From a virus, in the IMG/VR virus record IMGVR_UViG_3300027804_002057: DNA of 64,000 nt; one strand, given 5' to 3'. Position 1 is the first letter of the stretch. Every line of letters starts with the position of its first letter. Made by a program: the position numbers and the translations under genes. Under the pieces are notes generated by a model. That model saw only the letters and a list, made by a program, of their open reading frames with translations, searched no databases and was not told the origin of the DNA. Shown in pieces: positions 62,801 through 64,000 of the stretch.

Positions 62801-64000
62801 TATTATAATCATATCTATCATCAATTCCTTCATATAATTCTGTTCTAATAAAGAATGGATAATCTATACCACCCTGTCCTTCCGATGCACTTATGTAAAA
62901 TTTATAAGTTTCCCCTCTATACAATCTAATTGTTGCATTTGGACCAACACCATCCCAATTATAAGATGAACTATTTACATTAGTTACTGTATAACTTCTT
63001 CTATGGTCATTTGGAATACTTAATACGTTACTACCAGTACCATTTGCTAATATGTTATAAATTATACTAAAGCTTGAACTTACTTTATTAACCACATTTA
63101 ATGATGAAGATACGCCTGTACTAAATGGTTCTAAATTACCAACATATATACTAGCACTATTTGATGATGTTAATTGAGGAATTGCCGATATTCCATTTTT
63201 TATAATATTAACTACGGTTTCAAATGATGATGATACACTTGATGATAAATAAGATGGTGCCCCTAATTGACTAATTGCTTCATCACTAATTCTTACACCC
63301 AAATCAGCTGAGGCTGTAAATTTGAACGAACCAGTACCATTATTGAATATACTTAATATTACTCCGTATGAAGAACTTATACTATTTAAATCTTCTAAAG
63401 ATGCAGATAATGATGATGTTATTTGCTCAGCTCCTAAAATATTATATGGAGAATCTGCACTATATCCTTTATTAGAACTTCTTGCTAATAAAGTTGGAAA
63501 ATCAGATGTTCCATTTTCAACAATTGCACTAATTAATTTAAAATCAGATGATATTTCTTCTGCTGCTGTTGTTGATAAAGTTACATTCGATGAAGTTGTA
63601 TATTGTGGAAATTGTGAAGGTGATGATAAACGAATACCTTCCGCAGTATTTAATGTAGTTACTTCAGGTAAAGCATCTAAACCTCTATTCAATACATCAA
63701 CAACCACACTCCAACTTGCTCTTACTCTATTTCTAGCATCAACGTTACCACCACTACCAGAAATAAAACGAGAACCAGACGCATACATACCATACAAACC
63801 AAACGAAATGTTTGAGTTGTTTAGGGTAGCATGTCCACCATTATTTACTCTAATAGCATAGTATGAGAAGTTATTAAAGAAAGATACCAGCTGAATAAAT
63901 CCTCTACCATTTACCAAACATCCCACACCATTTGGAGAAATCTGCGTATAAGCATCCAATACCATTGAAGCCAATGGAGAATCTGGGTCTATCACATCAC
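50814..64000 (-). CDS. Giant virion structural protein (>4393 aa, true start beyond the window): beta-helix-like scaffold carrying 25 CxRD helical repeats and 25 partner helices
   Basis: The frame stays open to the window edge (the GTG at 63995 is internal). Beta-helix-like SMVLDAYTQISPNGVG...QLVSFF...NSNISFGLYG at the start; ITELGGGRIFFTSGNQDGDFRIG...INQATGT at the end; repeats in between. Confidence 0.85.
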   Translation of the reverse strand, partial: DVIDPDSPLASMVLDAYTQISPNGVGCLVNGRGFIQLVSFFNNFSYYAIRVNNGGHATLNNSNISFGLYGMYASGSRFISGSGGNVDARNRVRASWSVVVDVLNRGLDALPEVTTLNTAEGIRLSSPSQFPQYTTSSNVTLSTTAAEEISSDFKLISAIVENGTSDFPTLLARSSNKGYSADSPYNILGAEQITSSLSASLEDLNSISSSYGVILSIFNNGTGSFKFTASADLGVRISDEAISQLGAPSYLSSSVSSSFETVVNIIKNGISAIPQLTSSNSASIYVGNLEPFSTGVSSSLNVVNKVSSSFSIIYNILANGTGSNVLSIPNDHRRSYTVTNVNSSSYNWDGVGPNATIRLYRGETYKFYISASEGQGGIDYPFFIRTELYEGIDDRYDYNKGVVNNGDSVGNITFTVPYDAPNTLYYTAQINNTLSGKFDIVNNSETPFYLISNTLTYPQTISGSNQSTNDVDILNAYEILTGSKTFIQEEVIQYVSSSWSDFSYDEATCRRDVGYLVNAVCQDLIYGGNNNSITAGRFYYEYPSEATTVQKDPTKTAVKYAAGLAINLVKNSNFTNILDNAYLQQKKNVADNLFENKKFIQEETITFLSSSWSNFYYNETKCRRDIGYIVDAVITDLKYGGNERAREAGRFYYLYPSLAIVRGDGDSEGQLGQTLDGIRYAAGVATNLVKNKTFNQPNASTQAAYDLLKQNKSLIQNETIEYINVAYPQLKYNTDKCRRDVGYIIDNVATDLLYGGNERAVTAGRYYYDYPSVATSIQRKETIGGIKYSKIIGDYIVQNIILDTPRIVNNDEKNIKVTSNTNVTSSVSGTKTQQNIISSSFSIMEGIIKRGLSAIPSILAQNTGQNWNVANPLNVTSGSQITSSYVTPNEVNTIDRNFNIVTSIIGGGIVAEPVFTSSVENLIKVTDIEQVFGSTVSSNLTSSISQSFAYVVEIISGGLSQLDTFVSNTSASIKVTSTPQWISANVGTNNQTASISSSFGTIINAITNGTSVLPTLVQNTAGNIKVTSTSQFISASYSGSLEDISFISQSISKVTQIVETGNVDLFAKTIYTASISTKVGVYQILKANIPFIQNETIAYLSSSWSGFQYDEVKCKRDIGLIISGAAEDLLFGANSASIVNGQFYYEYPSQATIGNDGDTGGQLNQTLDGINYASRLAQKVITQGITFSLPSTNVSASNALLFNNKEFIQNETIAYLSSSWGGFDYNETTCKRDVGYIIDAVRTDLVYGGNERSRVAGLYYFLYPSQATGSQLLQTTDGVKYASRIAQNIVSGSIFQSANSDKLEASRLMSENKQLIANEVVEYVSSSWSGVLYNEDKCKRDVGYIIDAVRTDLVYGGNERTSIAGEFYYKFPSSATVGGVPSTTAQLDPTTTGVEYANRLAQNIILNKVLVQPTTLVLNARQLVKEQRALIQQNVIDYVSEVYPSLKYNTSKCYRDVGFILDGVLTDLVYGGNERSIISGRFYYKYPNLATSDQSEETIDAINFGRDLSKLIAIGGKAIEDGFDTVSKIIESGSSAYPSLVSNTDAGIKKTNSIQYKINNSTNDSDKLIISSSFGNVINIIDKGVAVIPTIVSSSLKGVARIAGSQITSSNNVDTIDVQNVSSSFAIVLDVVENGTGSIPSVVLNTTNNIKATTTQQYITSSYIGTSNEANILSSSFGLVMNIVANGLSAVPSVSVYSSATSASNAYYAYNLLKQNIKFIQDETIAYLSSSWSTASYDESKCRRDVGLIVSGAAEDLIFNSISASAINGKFYYEYPSQAQGAQLNQTLDGIRYASGLAQKIVQNVIFQTASLSKQTAYDLLLDNKYWIQNQTIAKINANLSTVSYNEDKCKRDVGYIIDNVATDILYGGNERSIEAGRFYFLYPSQATGSQLEQTLEGINYARTLANSVVSNQYVYTQHTSSITPQPADYLKVKNSFDIVIDIIDNGTGSIPTIVNNASGLVKRTNVNQFISTASISQTYKTTSNTSFDIVLDIVENGTGSIPSLVKNTAALVKITDTNQYSSSVALSSSYFGNPLNSVSASFNTIINILENGLNVVPTIVSNTNNNIKVTGTQQYISASSATITESNLISASISIVTNIIANGTGSIITGLSTSSYTSPLSNDNKWIAYGILKNNIPFIQNEVIAYLSSSWSTASYDETKCRRDVGLIISGAAEDLVFNSNSASVVNGKFYYEYPSQAQGAQLNQTLDGIIYASQLAQKVVRGVQFSLPTSQSNVAYDLLKYNKQFIQNETIAYISSSWSTKQYDETTCRRDVGYIIDSVATDIKWGGNERSVKSGVYYYLYPSAATGSQLKETVTGVTYAKNLADKLLRNQQFIKVSQNKLQAKELIVSNKNFIANEVIAYVSASWNGFQYNEDTCKRDVGYILDAVATDIVYGGNERSIEAGRYYYIEPSTATSTQLGPTLSGIGHAKHMLEQVLSNNVFVSSSLSRQTVYQLLVDNKELIQTETIGFLNSAWSFFEYNEAKCRRDVGYIVDAVATDILYSGNESSARAGEYYYLYPSLATVDGDGDSAGQLGQTLDGIKYAKGISEKIARNILLQKPTISEITAWELLNKNKQFVQKETIAFLSSSWVGINNFQFNEASCSRDVAYIIDNVATDLVYGGNERSSKAGEYYYLYPSAATVTSSVSPTTDAQKGPTLDGITFAAGVSQKVISNQLLSYPTEYVQSAYSLMVSNRQFIQNETIQFIDAFYPYLVYNREKCRRDVGYIVNNVATDLWYGGNQRSIIAGDYYYRYPSKATKTEQVKETVAGVDYVKALSKKIVQNIKLVSPTTTSNVDNNIKVGNINQYTSSINVGSTKISEVSSSFSTVTKVIESGLTALPTFVGNGVNAIKVTSEPIVSSSISASVVEIGITTSSFELIKDIIYNGSASLPDALASNFNYGFELLTPTLLHISSHTQILGSGSYNSQTSSISSSFGNVINIIKNGTNVIPNVVTNVSSSVKITSATQILPILSGSEYQKNRISNLFGNVLNIVENGTTVIPTPILNTSASFKVTNTQQIRLTDGVNRDLQSKLVSSSFGVVIDVLLNSGTSSISYVGPQAVANTNTKITSSYNLLINNTDLIVNETIAYMSSSWSSFYYDEAKCRRDVGLIVSGAAFDLLFGGNSASLTNGKYYYDYPSQATTTQLDQTITALKFASGIAQKAVKSTLMYHISESAWYSQATSASYTSLIKNKGFIQSESIAYVSSSWQGFDYNELSCSRDIGYIVDAVATDLLYGGNERSIVAGRYYYDYPSQATSAQLEPTLTGVRYAKGLAMRVVSGSLLTSTDAATQYAYNLLKSNKTFIQEETLAFVNAKYPELDYIESKCKRDVGYIVDAVATDLLYGGNERSNKAGEFYYLYPSLATGVQLDETTTAIDYARRLAQSIVNSVYISEPQPILNTANNIKVTSQTQYTSSNSASAYEVNRVSSSFAVVTNIIENGIGVIPSLVSNVSQSIKFTTTNQYLSSSYGTDYEASLISASISIVTNIIANGIGVAGTPVNYSTPSTASNVYYAYNLLKENIGFIQNETIAYISSSWSTASYDESKCKRDVGLIISGAAEDMLFGVDSASIVNGKFYFESASQATTSQLNFTLDGIFFASRMAQKVLQNIQYQTASLERTTAWTLLNQNKSFIQKETIAYLSSSWVTGSNTDTPFLYSQSKCERDLGYILDAVATDVYYGGNERVREAGRYYFLYPSSATGSQLDETLDGIRYAGQLAQKLIVNTQFVTASAHASASHALMKQNKGFIQAEVLSYITSSWNEFTYSLDKCKRDVGLIIDAVATDVLYGGNERSTKAGTYYYTYPSKATGSQVEQTINAVNFAKDVAVNIIKNTTFTTASQAVSASVELLRNNRQFIQEETIQYLTASWSTFDYNKEKCRRDVGYIIDGVATDLLYGGNERTYMSADFYFKYPSKATLLGDGDGEGQLKQTVEGINYASRIAQKVIQNVVFQTASLQVSASFDLLRKNKTFIAAETIAYVSSSWSGVYYNQASCSRDVGYLIDATATDLLYGGTERSVTAGTYYFAFPSKATVAGVPSEASQLDPTITGVRWAGRLATKVITNPTFQLPSSSLVTTVDLLKYNKSLIQKETITFLSSSWSTLKYNEVSCSRDLGFIIDAIRTDLVYGGNERSIEAGSYYYRIPSVAIYDSYTDNGTIGQKKQTVDGINFARGLSEKVVANTLLTYLAPSTKRRQAAVRLVAAKEELKQRAIGYTNGAFPYLVYNEASCSRDTGLIVDACATDLLYGGNERAIAAASSYYTGQYGSAQAVISSQKLETLETNRYLRTRAEFVAAGAPLESFGSLIVATGIDYSYNGSGVTFKALPPNQGGSGVANPIYEITELGGGRIFFTSGNQDGDFRIGTGLSINQATGTLVGRTFSKSLFSLVTPFSLALQI

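Noticed and set aside
1-64000. Stop-codon reassignment, as seen in some large phages
   Set aside because: ORFs of up to 13 kb are uninterrupted in the standard code and coding density is high.

Overview
This is an AT-rich segment of a large contractile-tailed (T4-like myovirus-type) bacteriophage in the standard genetic code, with every supported gene on the minus strand. Five TTTG-N19/20-TATATTTG promoters and an Hc1-like gene point to a Bacteroidota host. In window order it holds: class II ribonucleotide reductase (cut by the window edge), Hc1-like protein, replicative helicase, 5'-3' exonuclease, RecA/UvsX, gp32-like SSB, GH19 endolysin, a 1371-aa ParB-like/nuclease-like protein, a secreted NucA-like nuclease, a minimal family A DNA polymerase and a tmRNA. 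A tail/baseplate module (hub, LysM-like wedge, tube initiator, tape measure, chaperones, tube, sheath) follows, then about 36 kb of giant fibre/appendage genes. The main finding is a >4393-aa protein with 25 'A' repeats and 25 'B' helices ordered like balanced brackets, implying a branched protein tree. Every A repeat keeps a C-x-R-D motif in register with the phycobiliprotein Cys84 site. Other highlights are intact and dead cupredoxin inserts, very long Gly-Ser/Thr triplet tracts, a tmRNA with a 24-aa tag, a candidate late promoter, a start-codon-sequestering hairpin, a likely chaperone frameshift and a PolA with His at the steric-gate position. All calls come from motif reading; no database search was run.
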